Shown: piece by piece, positions 19,237 through 28,627 of the stretch | How the letters are laid out: each line of letters begins with the position of its first letter | How positions within the stretch are numbered: the stretch's first letter is position 1 | Source of the DNA: Rhizobiaceae bacterium | GTDB lineage: Bacteria; Pseudomonadota; Alphaproteobacteria; Rhizobiales; Rhizobiaceae | DNA length: 31,500 nt | Assembly: GCA_030065115.1 (NCBI GenBank) | Contig: JASJDO010000023.1 | Coordinates: forward strand, 1-31,500 | Direction of reading: 5' to 3' | Translations under genes and position numbers: made by a program | Notes under the pieces: model-generated | Told to the model about the DNA's origin: nothing | What the model saw: the letters and a program-made list of their open reading frames with translations, nothing else | Databases searched by the model: none

Positions 19237-19731
19237 TCATAATTCCCTTACTAGGGTTTGAAACTCGTTGAACAGTTTTGAGTTTTTGTCTTGTCGATCC
19301 TTTATGTAGGCAGAAAACTTTCTGCTGTTCTTTCTCATCGAAGTTGCCATCATTCTCTCAATGATGCCCCTATCAAAGGTATCGGTGTGGACACCAATAG
19401 CCAACCGTTCCATTTCGTTGAGATAAATTTTTATATTTTCCATATCATCATGTGCCATTGTCTCAAAAGGGATGATCTCATTCGTGGGAAACTTGCGATT
19501 AAGTGTTGCTATGGCTTTCTTGTATTTTGCACTAACGCTTTCAATAAACTGAAATGTAGCCTCTCTTTTTCGTCTTTCATGGTCTTCGATCGCCTCTTTT
19601 AATTGAGATTTTTGGTTCGTCCTATGTAGGATTATTGCTACAACTAATTCCAGAACAACCAACAGTAGAAGGCCTATTTGGATCATGTCTGCTGTTGTGA
19701 GTATCGTTGCGTTTTGAGTGTTGATCGGCAT
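19237..19731 (-). CDS. Low-GC hypothetical single-pass membrane protein (N-terminal TM, cytoplasmic helical/charged domain), embedded in the pcc operon
   Basis: It has a strong RBS (GAGGAG) 5 nt upstream of the ATG. The TM segment is IQIGLLLLVVLELVVAIIL, and the remainder is rich in K/E/R/N. Codon and GC composition are markedly AT-rich relative to the flanking pccB/pccA. Confidence 0.6.
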   Translation of the reverse strand: MPINTQNATILTTADMIQIGLLLLVVLELVVAIILHRTNQKSQLKEAIEDHERRKREATFQFIESVSAKYKKAIATLNRKFPTNEIIPFETMAHDDMENIKIYLNEMERLAIGVHTDTFDRGIIERMMATSMRKNSRKFSAYIKDRQDKNSKLFNEFQTLVREL

Positions 19732-19742
19732 TCATTCGCTCC

Positions 19743-21275
19743 TCACAACGGAATGTTATCGTGTTTTTTCCAAGGATTTTGCAAATCCTTGTTGCGGAGG
19801 GAAGCAAAGGCGCGGGCGACGCGTTTACGTGTGTTGCGCGGGTAGATCACATCATCGATGAAGCCCATTTCCGCTGCCACAAACGGATTGGCAAACCGGT
19901 CTTCATATTCTTTGGTTCGGGCAGCTATTTTGTCTGGATCATCGAGTTCTGAGCGATAGAGAATTTCAGCGGCACCCTTCGCACCCATCACGGCAATCTC
20001 GGCTGACGGCCAGGCGTAGTTAACGTCACCGCGCAGGTGTTTGGAGGCCATCACGTCGTAAGCGCCGCCATAGGCTTTACGGGTAATCAACGTCACTTTC
20101 GGCACGGTTGCCTCGCCATAGGCAAAGAGCAGTTTCGCGCCGTGTTTGATCACACCGCCATACTCTTGCGCCGTGCCGGGAAGGAAGCCTGGCACATCCA
20201 CAAGCGTCAGGATCGGGATGTTGAAGCAATCACAGAAGCGGACGAAACGTGCAGCCTTGCGGGACGCATTGATATCCAAAACACCGGCAAGGACCAATGG
20301 TTGGTTTGCGACTACGCCCACGGTTGAACCTTCCATGCGAATGAAGCCGGTCACGATGTTGGCTGCGAAGTCCGGCTGCGTTTCAAAGAAATCACCTTCG
20401 TCCGCGATCTTGTAAACCAGCTCCTTGATGTCATAGGGCTGGTTTGGATTGTCCGGGATCAGCGTATCGAGCGATGGGTCCGGCTTCTCTACCGGGGTAA
20501 AGAACGGACGGGTCGGGGGCTTCTCGCGATTGTTCAGCGGGAGGAAGTCGATGAAACGACGAAGAGCCGCGAGCGCTTCGACGTCATTATCAAATGCATC
20601 ATCGGCCACAGAACTTTTCTTGGTGTGGGTTGAAGCGCCACCAAGTTCTTCGTGCGTTACGATTTCGTTGGTAACCGTTTTCACCACATCAGGGCCAGTG
20701 ACGTACATGTAAGACGTATCCCGCACCATGAAGATGAAGTCAGTCATGGCAGGCGAATAGACCGCACCACCTGCGCATGGCCCCATAATCATGGAGATTT
20801 GCGGCACGACACCGCTGGCAAGCGTGTTCTTCTGGAAGATATCCGCATATCCGCCCAGGGAGGCAACGCCTTCCTGAATGCGCGCGCCACCTGAATCGTT
20901 CATGCCAATGACCGGCGCGCCATTGCGCATTGCCATGTCCATGATCTTCAGAATTTTGTTGGCATTGGTCTCAGACAGAGAGCCGCCGAAGACGGTGAAA
21001 TCCTGACTATAGACATACACCATACGGCCGTTGACGGTTCCCCAACCGGTAATGACGCCATCGCCCGGCATTTTGGTTTTTTCCATGCCAAACTCAGTGC
21101 AGCGATGGGAAACGAACATGTCGTATTCTTCGAAACTGTTTTCATCCAGCAAAAGCTCGATGCGTTCGCGCGCGGTCAGTTTGCCTTTCGCGTGTTGTGC
21201 ATCGATGCGGCGCTGACCTCCGCCCTGACGGGCCTGTTCGCGGCGAGCTTCGAGTTCGTTGAGTACGTCAGTCAT
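19743..21275 (-). CDS. pccB: Propionyl-CoA carboxylase beta subunit (carboxyltransferase)
   Basis: It is 510 aa. The N-terminus is typical of PccB (…[21 protein letters not shown]…SFEEYDMFV…), and the carboxyltransferase N and C domains are present. Confidence 0.9.
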   Translation of the reverse strand: MTDVLNELEARREQARQGGGQRRIDAQHAKGKLTARERIELLLDENSFEEYDMFVSHRCTEFGMEKTKMPGDGVITGWGTVNGRMVYVYSQDFTVFGGSLSETNANKILKIMDMAMRNGAPVIGMNDSGGARIQEGVASLGGYADIFQKNTLASGVVPQISMIMGPCAGGAVYSPAMTDFIFMVRDTSYMYVTGPDVVKTVTNEIVTHEELGGASTHTKKSSVADDAFDNDVEALAALRRFIDFLPLNNREKPPTRPFFTPVEKPDPSLDTLIPDNPNQPYDIKELVYKIADEGDFFETQPDFAANIVTGFIRMEGSTVGVVANQPLVLAGVLDINASRKAARFVRFCDCFNIPILTLVDVPGFLPGTAQEYGGVIKHGAKLLFAYGEATVPKVTLITRKAYGGAYDVMASKHLRGDVNYAWPSAEIAVMGAKGAAEILYRSELDDPDKIAARTKEYEDRFANPFVAAEMGFIDDVIYPRNTRKRVARAFASLRNKDLQNPWKKHDNIPL

Positions 21276-21295
21276 CTATTTCCCTTTCGGCGGGA

Positions 21296-22066
21296 TTACT
21301 TGTTCTTGAAATTTGGCGTGCGCTTCTCTGCAAAGGCTGCCATGCCTTCAGTCTGATCTTCAGTCGCAAAGAGCGAGTAGAAAGTTCGGCGCTCAAACCG
21401 GAGACCCTCATTAAGTGTTGTTTCAAAGGCTCGGTTGATTTGCTCTTTTGCGATCATCACAGATGGCGTTGAGAAGCCTGCGATTTCATTTGCCGTTTTC
21501 ATTGCTTCTTCCATCAGATCATCCGCCGGGATGATGCGTGCAACAAGGCCAGCGCGTTCTGCTTCTTCAGCATCCATCATGCGGCCTGTCAGGATCAGGT
21601 CCATTGCCTTGGCCTTGCCGACGGCTTTAGTGAGACGTTGTGAGCCGCCCCAGCCGGGTGTCACACCCAGCTTGATTTCCGGCTGACCAAATTTCGCCTT
21701 GTCAGAAGTCAAAATGATGTCGCACATCATGGCAAGTTCGCAGCCACCACCAAGTGCAAAACCGTTTACCGCAGCAATGATTGGCGTGCGTGTATTGGCG
21801 AAGCCTTCCCACTCTGACTGTTTGTCGGCCAGATACATGTCCATGTAGGACTTGGTGTGCATTTCCTTGATATCGGCACCTGCGATAAATGCTTTGCCGG
21901 CTCCCGTGATGACAATGCATCCAATTTCCGGATCATCGTCAAAAGCTTTTGTTTTTGAGATAATACCGTCCATGACTTCGGCATTTACAGCATTCAAAGC
22001 GTCGGGCCGGTTGATGGTAATCAGACCGACATTGCCCTGTTTTTCTGAAAGTACGAGATCGGTCAT
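21296..22066 (-). CDS. Enoyl-CoA hydratase (crotonase family), probable methacrylyl-CoA hydratase
   Basis: It is 256 aa with a crotonase fold signature (…[15 protein letters not shown]…, …[10 protein letters not shown]…, …[12 protein letters not shown]…). It lies within the valine catabolic operon. Confidence 0.85.
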   Translation of the reverse strand: MTDLVLSEKQGNVGLITINRPDALNAVNAEVMDGIISKTKAFDDDPEIGCIVITGAGKAFIAGADIKEMHTKSYMDMYLADKQSEWEGFANTRTPIIAAVNGFALGGGCELAMMCDIILTSDKAKFGQPEIKLGVTPGWGGSQRLTKAVGKAKAMDLILTGRMMDAEEAERAGLVARIIPADDLMEEAMKTANEIAGFSTPSVMIAKEQINRAFETTLNEGLRFERRTFYSLFATEDQTEGMAAFAEKRTPNFKNK

Positions 22067-22069
22067 GAA

Positions 22070-22957
22070 TTATCCTCTTTGCTTTGAGTCAAGCCACGTA
22101 ATGATGCCGGAGAAATCTAGATCTTCTGGCACTTCCTGGGCAAACTGTTTGTAGAGTTCAAGCGCCTGATATCCGAGCGGGGTCGCCTGACCGGCAACTT
22201 CCGCGGCCTGTTGCGCGAGACCTGCATCCTTGATCATCAGGCTGGTGGCAAAGCCCGGTTTGAAATCATTGTCTGCCGGAGACTGTGGCCCGATACCCGG
22301 CATGGGGCAATAATTGTTGAGCGACCAGCAGAAGCCGGAAGATGTGGACATCACATCAAACATGGCCTGGTCTTCAAGGCCGAGTTTGCGGCCTAAAGAT
22401 AGGGCTTCACCAAGGCCGGTCATCGTTACCGCCAGCAACATGTTGTTGCAGATTTTGGCAGCTTGTCCTGCTCCGGCATCGCCACAAGGGACCTGGCGTC
22501 CACCCATGATATCGAGAAACGGTTCAGCACGTTTTTGGTTTTCTTTTGATCCGCCAATCATGAAAGTGAGGGTGCCAGCTGCTGCGCCGGTGATGCCACC
22601 AGATACCGGGCAATCGATCATGCCCAATCCGGCTGCGCTCGCAAGCCCATGTGCCTGTTTGGCGCTATCAACATCAACGGTTGAACAGTCAATCAACAAA
22701 GCGCCTTTTTCGCATGCCGAGATGATCTCATTTAGGACAAAGAGAACGATGGCGCCATTTGGCAGCATGGTGATCACTGCCTCGGCCCCGCCAACTGCAT
22801 CGCGCGCTTCTGCACAGGTGATGATACCTGCTTCCTTGGCTGATTGAAGTGTTTCAGGGACCGTGTCAAACCCCAATACTTCATGCCCGGCTTTGACCAG
22901 GTTGCTTGCCATCGGCAGGCCCATATTACCCAGTCCGATAAATCCGATTGTGGCCAT
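22070..22957 (-). CDS. mmsB: 3-hydroxyisobutyrate dehydrogenase
   Basis: It has an N-terminal NAD-binding motif (IGFIGLGNMGLPMASNL) and is 295 aa. Family and context match HIBADH. Confidence 0.85.
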   Translation of the reverse strand: MATIGFIGLGNMGLPMASNLVKAGHEVLGFDTVPETLQSAKEAGIITCAEARDAVGGAEAVITMLPNGAIVLFVLNEIISACEKGALLIDCSTVDVDSAKQAHGLASAAGLGMIDCPVSGGITGAAAGTLTFMIGGSKENQKRAEPFLDIMGGRQVPCGDAGAGQAAKICNNMLLAVTMTGLGEALSLGRKLGLEDQAMFDVMSTSSGFCWSLNNYCPMPGIGPQSPADNDFKPGFATSLMIKDAGLAQQAAEVAGQATPLGYQALELYKQFAQEVPEDLDFSGIITWLDSKQRG

Positions 22958-22976
22958 TTTCTCCTCCTGGCTGAGT

Positions 22977-24017
22977 TTAGAATGTCAACTCGTCATTCCC
23001 CAGCGGTTCTAACATGCCTGAAATTTGGTTTTCTTCCAATCCTTCCAAGGTCGAAGGGTTCCAGTTTGGTTTCCTGTCCTTGTCGATAATCTGTGCGCGG
23101 ATGCCTTCAATAAAATCACCATGCGACATGGAGCGGTAGGTGAAACGGTATTCGAGTGCGAGGATATCTTCGATTGTTTTCAAGTCTCGAGATTGGCGCA
23201 CAATTTCAACGGCGCAGGCAACTGACAGTGGACAATTGCGTCGCATCAATTTTGCTGCGTTTGTTTCCCATTCTCCATCGGTAGCTTCCAGCCGCGAGAT
23301 GATTTCTGCGGCTGAACCCTTCGCGAAGTATGAGTTGATTGCTTCCAGCTCATTAGTCAGCGAACCAGTTTCAGGCTCTTTTGCAAAACTATCCAGTACC
23401 GAAAGGTCCCCTGTTTCTTCAAGCGCGTTTATGAGCGCGCGCAGGTTTTCAGCTGGTACAAACAGATCACCGATACCAGCAAAGAGACAGTCGGCTGCTT
23501 TCAGTCTTGCTCCAGTCGTTCCAAGATATTCGCCGATATGGCCTGATGCACCTGCAAGCAATTGATTGCCGCCCACATCAGGGACAAGGCCGATGCCGCA
23601 TTCCGGCATCGCAAAGAGTGTATTCTCGGTGACGATACGGTGGGAGCCGTGGGCAGAAATTCCAACGCCGCCCCCCATCACGATCCCATCCATTATCGCG
23701 ACATAGGGTTTCGTGTAGTTCTTGATTTGTGCATTGATGCGATATTCGTCGGCCCAGAACTTCCGTCCATAGGCATAGTCTCCCGCCTTGCCGGTCGCGT
23801 AGAGATCGGCAATATCCCCGCCTGAGCAGAAAGAGCGCTCTCCTTCTGCATCGATCACCACCAATTGAATTTCAGGATTGTCCTGCCACTCAGATAGCGC
23901 AGCACCAATTGCCATACACATGTCATAGGTCATGGCATTCAGTGCTTCGGGTCGCGTTAGCGTTATGCGTCCTGTACAGCCGGATATGCGGATATGGATA
24001 TCATCTTCGAGGGCCAA
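22977..24017 (-). CDS. 3-hydroxyisobutyryl-CoA hydrolase (enoyl-CoA hydratase/isomerase superfamily, long form)
   Basis: It is 346 aa, with an HIBCH-type N-terminus (ITLTRPEALNAMTYDMCMAIGAALSEWQDNP…FCSGGDI). It sits between the acyl-CoA dehydrogenase and mmsB genes. Confidence 0.8.
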   Translation of the reverse strand: MALEDDIHIRISGCTGRITLTRPEALNAMTYDMCMAIGAALSEWQDNPEIQLVVIDAEGERSFCSGGDIADLYATGKAGDYAYGRKFWADEYRINAQIKNYTKPYVAIMDGIVMGGGVGISAHGSHRIVTENTLFAMPECGIGLVPDVGGNQLLAGASGHIGEYLGTTGARLKAADCLFAGIGDLFVPAENLRALINALEETGDLSVLDSFAKEPETGSLTNELEAINSYFAKGSAAEIISRLEATDGEWETNAAKLMRRNCPLSVACAVEIVRQSRDLKTIEDILALEYRFTYRSMSHGDFIEGIRAQIIDKDRKPNWNPSTLEGLEENQISGMLEPLGNDELTF

Positions 24018-24018
24018 A

Positions 24019-25161
24019 TCAGGCCTCCGCCAGCATTTGCCGGGAAATGATCATCCGCATGATTTCATTGGTGCCTTCGAGGATCTGGTGGACGCGCAAA
24101 TCGCGGACAATTTTTTCGATGCCATAATCAGAGAGGTATCCGTAACCGCCGTGTAGTTGCAATGCATCATTGGCAACGCGGAACGCCAAATCGGTCACCA
24201 AACGTTTCGCCATGGCGCAATGCTTGGTAGCGTCTGGTGATTTTTGATCCAGTTTCCAGGCCGCCTGACGCAGGAATACACGCGCTGCCTGCAATTCGGT
24301 TTCCATGTCTGCGATGCGGAATTGTAGAGCCTGAAACTCGGCAATCGGTTTGCCAAAGGCCTTGCGCTCTTTCATGTAAGTAATGGTCTTATCAAGAGCA
24401 AATTGGGCAGCGCCCAGGGCGGAAGCGGCGATGTTCAATCTGCCACCATCAAGGCCTGACATCGCATATTTGAAACCCGCACCTTCATCACCAATCAACT
24501 GGTCGGCCGGGATTTTGCAATCGTCAAACAGGACTTGTGCAGTCGGCTGCGCGCGCCATCCCATCTTTTTTTCATTCGCTCCAAAGGAAAGGCCTTCAGT
24601 AGGACTTTCCACGAGTACTGCCGACACGCCCTTTGGACCATCTCCACCAGTACGCACCATGGCAAGATATAGTTCTGACGTCTCGCCACCAGAGATGAAG
24701 GTTTTGCCACCGTTGATCTTCCAGCCATTGCCATCTTTTTCGGCTTTGGTTTTAAGCGCTGCGGCGTCAGAACCAGAGCCTGGTTCAGTAAGGCAATAGG
24801 AGCAATATTTCTCCAGCGTTGTCATTTGAGGCAACCATTTCTGGCGTTGCTCTTCTGTCCCGTATGTGTCGATCATCCAAGCTGTCATGTTATGGATGGA
24901 GATGAAAGACGCGATGGATGGGCATGCATAAGACAGTGCTTCGAAGATCAGTGTCGCATCAAGACGTGTGAGGGCGGAACCACCAACATCTTCGCGCACA
25001 TAAATGCCGGCCATGCCGAGTTCTCCGGCGGACCGGAGAACTTCCTTGGGAAATGATCCCTCTTCATCCCATTGCAAAGCATAAGGGGCAATGGCTTCCT
25101 GTCCGAAGCCAAAGGCCATATCATAGATGGCGTTTTGTTCTTCCGTTAGTGCGAAATCCAT
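24019..25161 (-). CDS. Acyl-CoA dehydrogenase, probable isobutyryl-CoA dehydrogenase
   Basis: It is 380 aa with an ACAD fold. It carries N-terminal motifs (FALTEEQ…) and a C-terminal catalytic Glu region (…ILEGTNEIMRMIISRQML). It lies in the valine catabolic operon. Confidence 0.85.
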   Translation of the reverse strand: MDFALTEEQNAIYDMAFGFGQEAIAPYALQWDEEGSFPKEVLRSAGELGMAGIYVREDVGGSALTRLDATLIFEALSYACPSIASFISIHNMTAWMIDTYGTEEQRQKWLPQMTTLEKYCSYCLTEPGSGSDAAALKTKAEKDGNGWKINGGKTFISGGETSELYLAMVRTGGDGPKGVSAVLVESPTEGLSFGANEKKMGWRAQPTAQVLFDDCKIPADQLIGDEGAGFKYAMSGLDGGRLNIAASALGAAQFALDKTITYMKERKAFGKPIAEFQALQFRIADMETELQAARVFLRQAAWKLDQKSPDATKHCAMAKRLVTDLAFRVANDALQLHGGYGYLSDYGIEKIVRDLRVHQILEGTNEIMRMIISRQMLAEA

Positions 25162-25179
25162 CTGCCTCTATGCTTTCTA

Positions 25180-26679
25180 TTAGTTCATGGTTGGGATTGA
25201 GAACTCTGCACCTTCCTTGATGCCCGATGGCCAGCGCGAGGTGATGGTTTTCGTTCTGGTGTAAAAGCGGAATGCGTCTGGGCCGTGTTGGTTCAAATCT
25301 CCGAAGCCTGAACGTTTCCAGCCGCCGAAGGTGTAGTAGGCAAGCGGAACCGGGATCGGCACGTTTACGCCAACCATGCCGATATTGATCCGGTTGGCAA
25401 AGTCACGGGCCGTATCGCCATCGCGAGTGAAGATCGCAACACCATTGCCGTATTCATGAGACATGGCCAGATCGAGACCTTCTTCGTAATCTTTGGCGCG
25501 CACTACTGACAGAACGGGCCCGAAAATCTCTTCCTTGTAGATCGACATGTCTTTTGTGACGTTGTCGAAAAGGCAGCCGCCAATAAAGTATCCGTTTTCA
25601 TAGCCCTGCATAGAGAAGTCACGGCCGTCCACAGCCAGCGTTGCACCTTCTTTGACGCCTGCATCGACATACCCTTTGACACGGTTATAGGCGTCCTGCG
25701 TAACAAGCGGCCCAAAGTCTGCATCATCTCCAGCAGTGTAAGGGGCGATTTTCAGGTTCTCGACACGAGGAACCAGTTTTTCCATCAAACGGTCAGCGGT
25801 GTCTTCACCGACAGGAACTGCAACGGAAACCGCCATGCAACGTTCCCCGGCAGCGCCGTATCCAGCACCAATCAGTGCGTCAGTTGCCTGATCCATATCC
25901 GCATCGGGCATGATGATCATGTGGTTTTTGGCGCCACCAAAACACTGGACGCGTTTTCCGTTCGCGCAGCCACGCGTATAGACATATTCAGCGATCGGTG
26001 TAGAGCCAACAAAACCGATTGCCATGATGTCTGCATGATCCAGAAGGCAATCTACGGCCTCTTTGTCCCCATGCACAACTTGAAGTACTCCGTCCGGAAG
26101 GCCTGCCTCCTTCATCAGTTCTGCCAGCATGTTTGGAACGGACGGATCGCGCTCCGATGGTTTGAGGATAAACGCATTTCCTGCTGCGATCGCAGGGCAG
26201 AATTTCCACATCGGGATCATCGCTGGAAAATTAAATGGTGTTATGCCAGCAACCACACCTAATGGCTGGCGGACAGAATGCATATCGATGCCTGGTCCTG
26301 CACCTTCCGTAAATTCGCCTTTAAGTAGGTGAGGTGCGCCAATGCAGAATTCAGCAACTTCAAGGCCGCGTTGCACGTCACCTTTTGCGTCTGGAATGGT
26401 TTTACCATGCTCTGATGAAAGTGCTTCAGCAAGTTTGTCCATGTCACGTTGCAGCAGGGCGACAAATTTCATCATGACACGTGCGCGATTTTGCGGATTG
26501 ACAGCTGCCCATGCGACTTGAGCTGTTTTAGCACTCGCAATCGCAGCATCTATTTCGCTTTTGCTGGCAAGGGGAACCTTGGCTTGAACCTCGCCCGTCG
26601 CTGGATTGAATACATCAGCATACCGACCGGATTTACCCTCGACCAATTCACCGTCGATGAAGTGTGAAATCTGTTTCAA
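25180..26679 (-). CDS. mmsA: CoA-acylating methylmalonate-semialdehyde dehydrogenase
   Basis: It is 499 aa and belongs to the aldehyde dehydrogenase superfamily, with an MmsA-type N-terminus (MKQISHFIDGELVEGKSGRYADVFNPATGEV). It has a catalytic Cys context and is the first gene of the operon. Confidence 0.9.
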   Translation of the reverse strand: MKQISHFIDGELVEGKSGRYADVFNPATGEVQAKVPLASKSEIDAAIASAKTAQVAWAAVNPQNRARVMMKFVALLQRDMDKLAEALSSEHGKTIPDAKGDVQRGLEVAEFCIGAPHLLKGEFTEGAGPGIDMHSVRQPLGVVAGITPFNFPAMIPMWKFCPAIAAGNAFILKPSERDPSVPNMLAELMKEAGLPDGVLQVVHGDKEAVDCLLDHADIMAIGFVGSTPIAEYVYTRGCANGKRVQCFGGAKNHMIIMPDADMDQATDALIGAGYGAAGERCMAVSVAVPVGEDTADRLMEKLVPRVENLKIAPYTAGDDADFGPLVTQDAYNRVKGYVDAGVKEGATLAVDGRDFSMQGYENGYFIGGCLFDNVTKDMSIYKEEIFGPVLSVVRAKDYEEGLDLAMSHEYGNGVAIFTRDGDTARDFANRINIGMVGVNVPIPVPLAYYTFGGWKRSGFGDLNQHGPDAFRFYTRTKTITSRWPSGIKEGAEFSIPTMN

Positions 26680-26756
26680 TGAAGCCTCCCAAGAAATTTT
26701 TCTTTGTTTATCTGTTTATTTTTGTATATCCAACCAGTGTTTTGGTTAGGTTGTTT

Positions 26757-26768
26757 TGCAAATTTGCA
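26757..26768. promoter_or_regulatory. Perfect 12-bp palindrome TGCAAATTTGCA (T-N11-A-type), a candidate LysR-family recognition site in the mmsA/lysR divergent promoter region
   Basis: A perfect inverted repeat sits 89 bp upstream of mmsA and about 50 bp upstream of the divergent LysR gene. LysR-type regulators bind T-N11-A dyads in such divergent regions. Confidence 0.35.
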
Positions 26769-26817
26769 CACATAGTCGGAGCAAAGTTGGACGACATTAG
26801 CGCAAGAGGAGGTGGTT

Positions 26818-27702
26818 TTGAACTGGGATGATTACAGATTTTTCTTGGCCGTTGCTCGCACAGGAAAGCTAAGCTCTGCCGGTCAGCAATTGGGTGTTGA
26901 CCATGCCACCGTGGGTCGTCGTGTAAAGGCACTTGAAGAGGCGCTGAAAGTGCACTTGTTTGACCGTAGCCCGCAAGGTTATTCGCTTACCGATGAGGGG
27001 CACAAGCTTGTCACCATGGCAGAAGGGATGGAGACAAGTGCGATTGCGGCACAAAGCGAGTTTTCTGGTGAAGCTGATAGTGTTTCCGGCGTTGTTCGCA
27101 TTGGTGCGCCGGAAGGCATGGCGACCTCGATACTGGCCGAGGTTGCTGTGAGATTGTGCGAGCAGCATCCGAAGCTTGAACTTCAGATTGTCGCCATGCC
27201 GCGAACGTTTTCGCTGACAAAAAGGGAGGCTGATATTGCGATTGCGGTTTCAGCACCCACGTCCGGGCGCTTGAAATTTCGCAAAATCACGGATTACACG
27301 CTGCACATGTATGCAACGAAGGAATATCTGGCGAACAACCCTCCAATCAAGGATCTGGCTGATCTTCAACGCGTGCGCGGCATCGGCTATGTGTCCGATC
27401 TTATCTATGACAAGGAGTTGGACTATATTCCGCTCATCAGTCCGGATGCGAAACCGTTCCTAACCAGCACCAGTGTCCACGTACAACTTGAAGCAGCGCT
27501 GGCAAATGGTGGGCTCTGCGTGTTGCATGATTTTATTGCGTGTAAGTATCCTCAACTTGTTCGTGTTATGCCCGAGGAAGTCTCGTTTACGCGTACCTTC
27601 TGGTACATTGTTCATGAGGATTATGCCAAGCTTCATCGTATCAGGGTCGTTTCTGACGCGCTAATTGAACATGTGCGGAAGCGGGTGAACAAGCCGAGTT
27701 AA
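26818..27702 (+). CDS. LysR-family transcriptional regulator, divergent from the valine/propionate catabolic operon
   Basis: It has an HTH region (DDYRFFLAVARTGKLSSAGQQLGVDHATVGRRVKALEEAL) and a LysR substrate-binding domain. TTG 26818 gives MNWDDYRFF… with an AGGAGG RBS 7 nt upstream. The ORF track's GTG at 26812 abuts the RBS. Confidence 0.85.
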   Translation: MNWDDYRFFLAVARTGKLSSAGQQLGVDHATVGRRVKALEEALKVHLFDRSPQGYSLTDEGHKLVTMAEGMETSAIAAQSEFSGEADSVSGVVRIGAPEGMATSILAEVAVRLCEQHPKLELQIVAMPRTFSLTKREADIAIAVSAPTSGRLKFRKITDYTLHMYATKEYLANNPPIKDLADLQRVRGIGYVSDLIYDKELDYIPLISPDAKPFLTSTSVHVQLEAALANGGLCVLHDFIACKYPQLVRVMPEEVSFTRTFWYIVHEDYAKLHRIRVVSDALIEHVRKRVNKPS

Positions 27703-27774
27703 TAGGCTTGAAGGACGCTTTGCTTGGCTTCAAGATTCCCAAATTTAAAAAAATCCAAAAAAAATTTCCTCCCA

Positions 27775-27801
27775 TGTCGAAATCTTGAAGTGGCGGGCGT
27801 C
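27775..27801 (+). promoter_or_regulatory. Candidate ECF sigma-dependent promoter, TGTCGA-N17-CGTC, upstream of the MAPEG/YciI/sigma module
   Basis: TGTCGA lies at 27775-27780 and CGTC at 27798-27801, giving 17-nt spacing. The motif ends about 35 nt upstream of the MAPEG ATG. ECF promoters characteristically carry a CGTC -10; the reported ECF42 -35 is, as I recall, TGTCGA. Confidence 0.4.
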
Positions 27802-27836
27802 TTAAGCGTGTAAATCACAACTGGGAAGGAACCGAA

Positions 27837-28229
27837 ATGGAATTTACAGTAACCCCCGTTTACGCTCTCGCAGCAGCATTCATATACCTCGTATTATGGA
27901 TGCGTGTGACAGCCTTGCGGTCCAAAAATGCAACTTCAATTGGTGATGGTGGCGATCAGGAACTGCTGTTACGAGTTCGTCAGCATGGCAATTGTGCGGA
28001 ATGGTTCAGTTTCATACTGATCCTGATGATCCTGGCTGAAGGCATGGGTGCACCTTCAACATATCTGCACGTATCGGGCGCCCTTCTGCTCATCGGCAGG
28101 ATTGCACATCCCTTCGGATTGAAAGTTGATAATGCAGGTCATCCCCTGCGATATGTTGGCAATGGAACCAACATTCTTGCAGCTCTTAACGCAATGGTTT
28201 GTTTGGCAGCCAATATTCTTGGCCTTTAA
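27837..28229 (+). CDS. MAPEG-family membrane protein (microsomal glutathione-S-transferase-like)
   Basis: It is 130 aa with 3-4 TM helices. The pattern is MAPEG-like (…ALAAAFIYLVLWMRVTALRSKN…, …RVRQHGNCAEWFSFILILMIL…). A GGAAGGA RBS precedes the ATG. Confidence 0.7.
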   Translation: MEFTVTPVYALAAAFIYLVLWMRVTALRSKNATSIGDGGDQELLLRVRQHGNCAEWFSFILILMILAEGMGAPSTYLHVSGALLLIGRIAHPFGLKVDNAGHPLRYVGNGTNILAALNAMVCLAANILGL

Positions 28230-28263
28230 CAAACAATAACCCTACAAAATTGAGGAAAATAAA

Positions 28264-28623
28264 ATGAAATATATGCTTCTTATCTACAGTGATCCCGCAG
28301 AAGGCCCAGAGTACGGCACACCGGAATTTGAAAAAATGATGGCTGGCTACTTCAGTGCGAATGAAAAAATGAAGGCAGACGGTGTATTGTGTGACGGTGA
28401 GGGATTGCAGGGCATCGAGACTGCTACCTCGCTGCGCATAAGAGACGGTAAAGTGGAAACCATGGATGGGCCGTTTGCGGAAACCCGGGAACATTTGGGA
28501 GGGTATTATGTTGTTGATGTGCCTGATCTTGATGCCGCGCTGAAATATGCAGAGCTTATTCCAACCGCTCATGACGGCACGATAGAGGTCCGCCCGCTAA
28601 TGGACTACAATCCAGCCGGATAA
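28264..28623 (+). CDS. YciI-like (DGPF motif) protein
   Basis: It is 119 aa with an MKYMLLIY N-terminus and a conserved DGPF motif (METMDGPFAETREHLGGYYVVD). It is the typical genomic partner of ECF42 sigma factors. Confidence 0.85.
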   Translation: MKYMLLIYSDPAEGPEYGTPEFEKMMAGYFSANEKMKADGVLCDGEGLQGIETATSLRIRDGKVETMDGPFAETREHLGGYYVVDVPDLDAALKYAELIPTAHDGTIEVRPLMDYNPAG

Positions 28624-28627
28624 CGCC

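Noticed and set aside
27712-27741. Inverted repeat cttgaag-N14-cttcaag downstream of the LysR gene as a possible terminator
   Set aside because: It has a 14-nt loop and is followed by an A-run rather than a U-tract on the plus strand. It is not a convincing intrinsic terminator.
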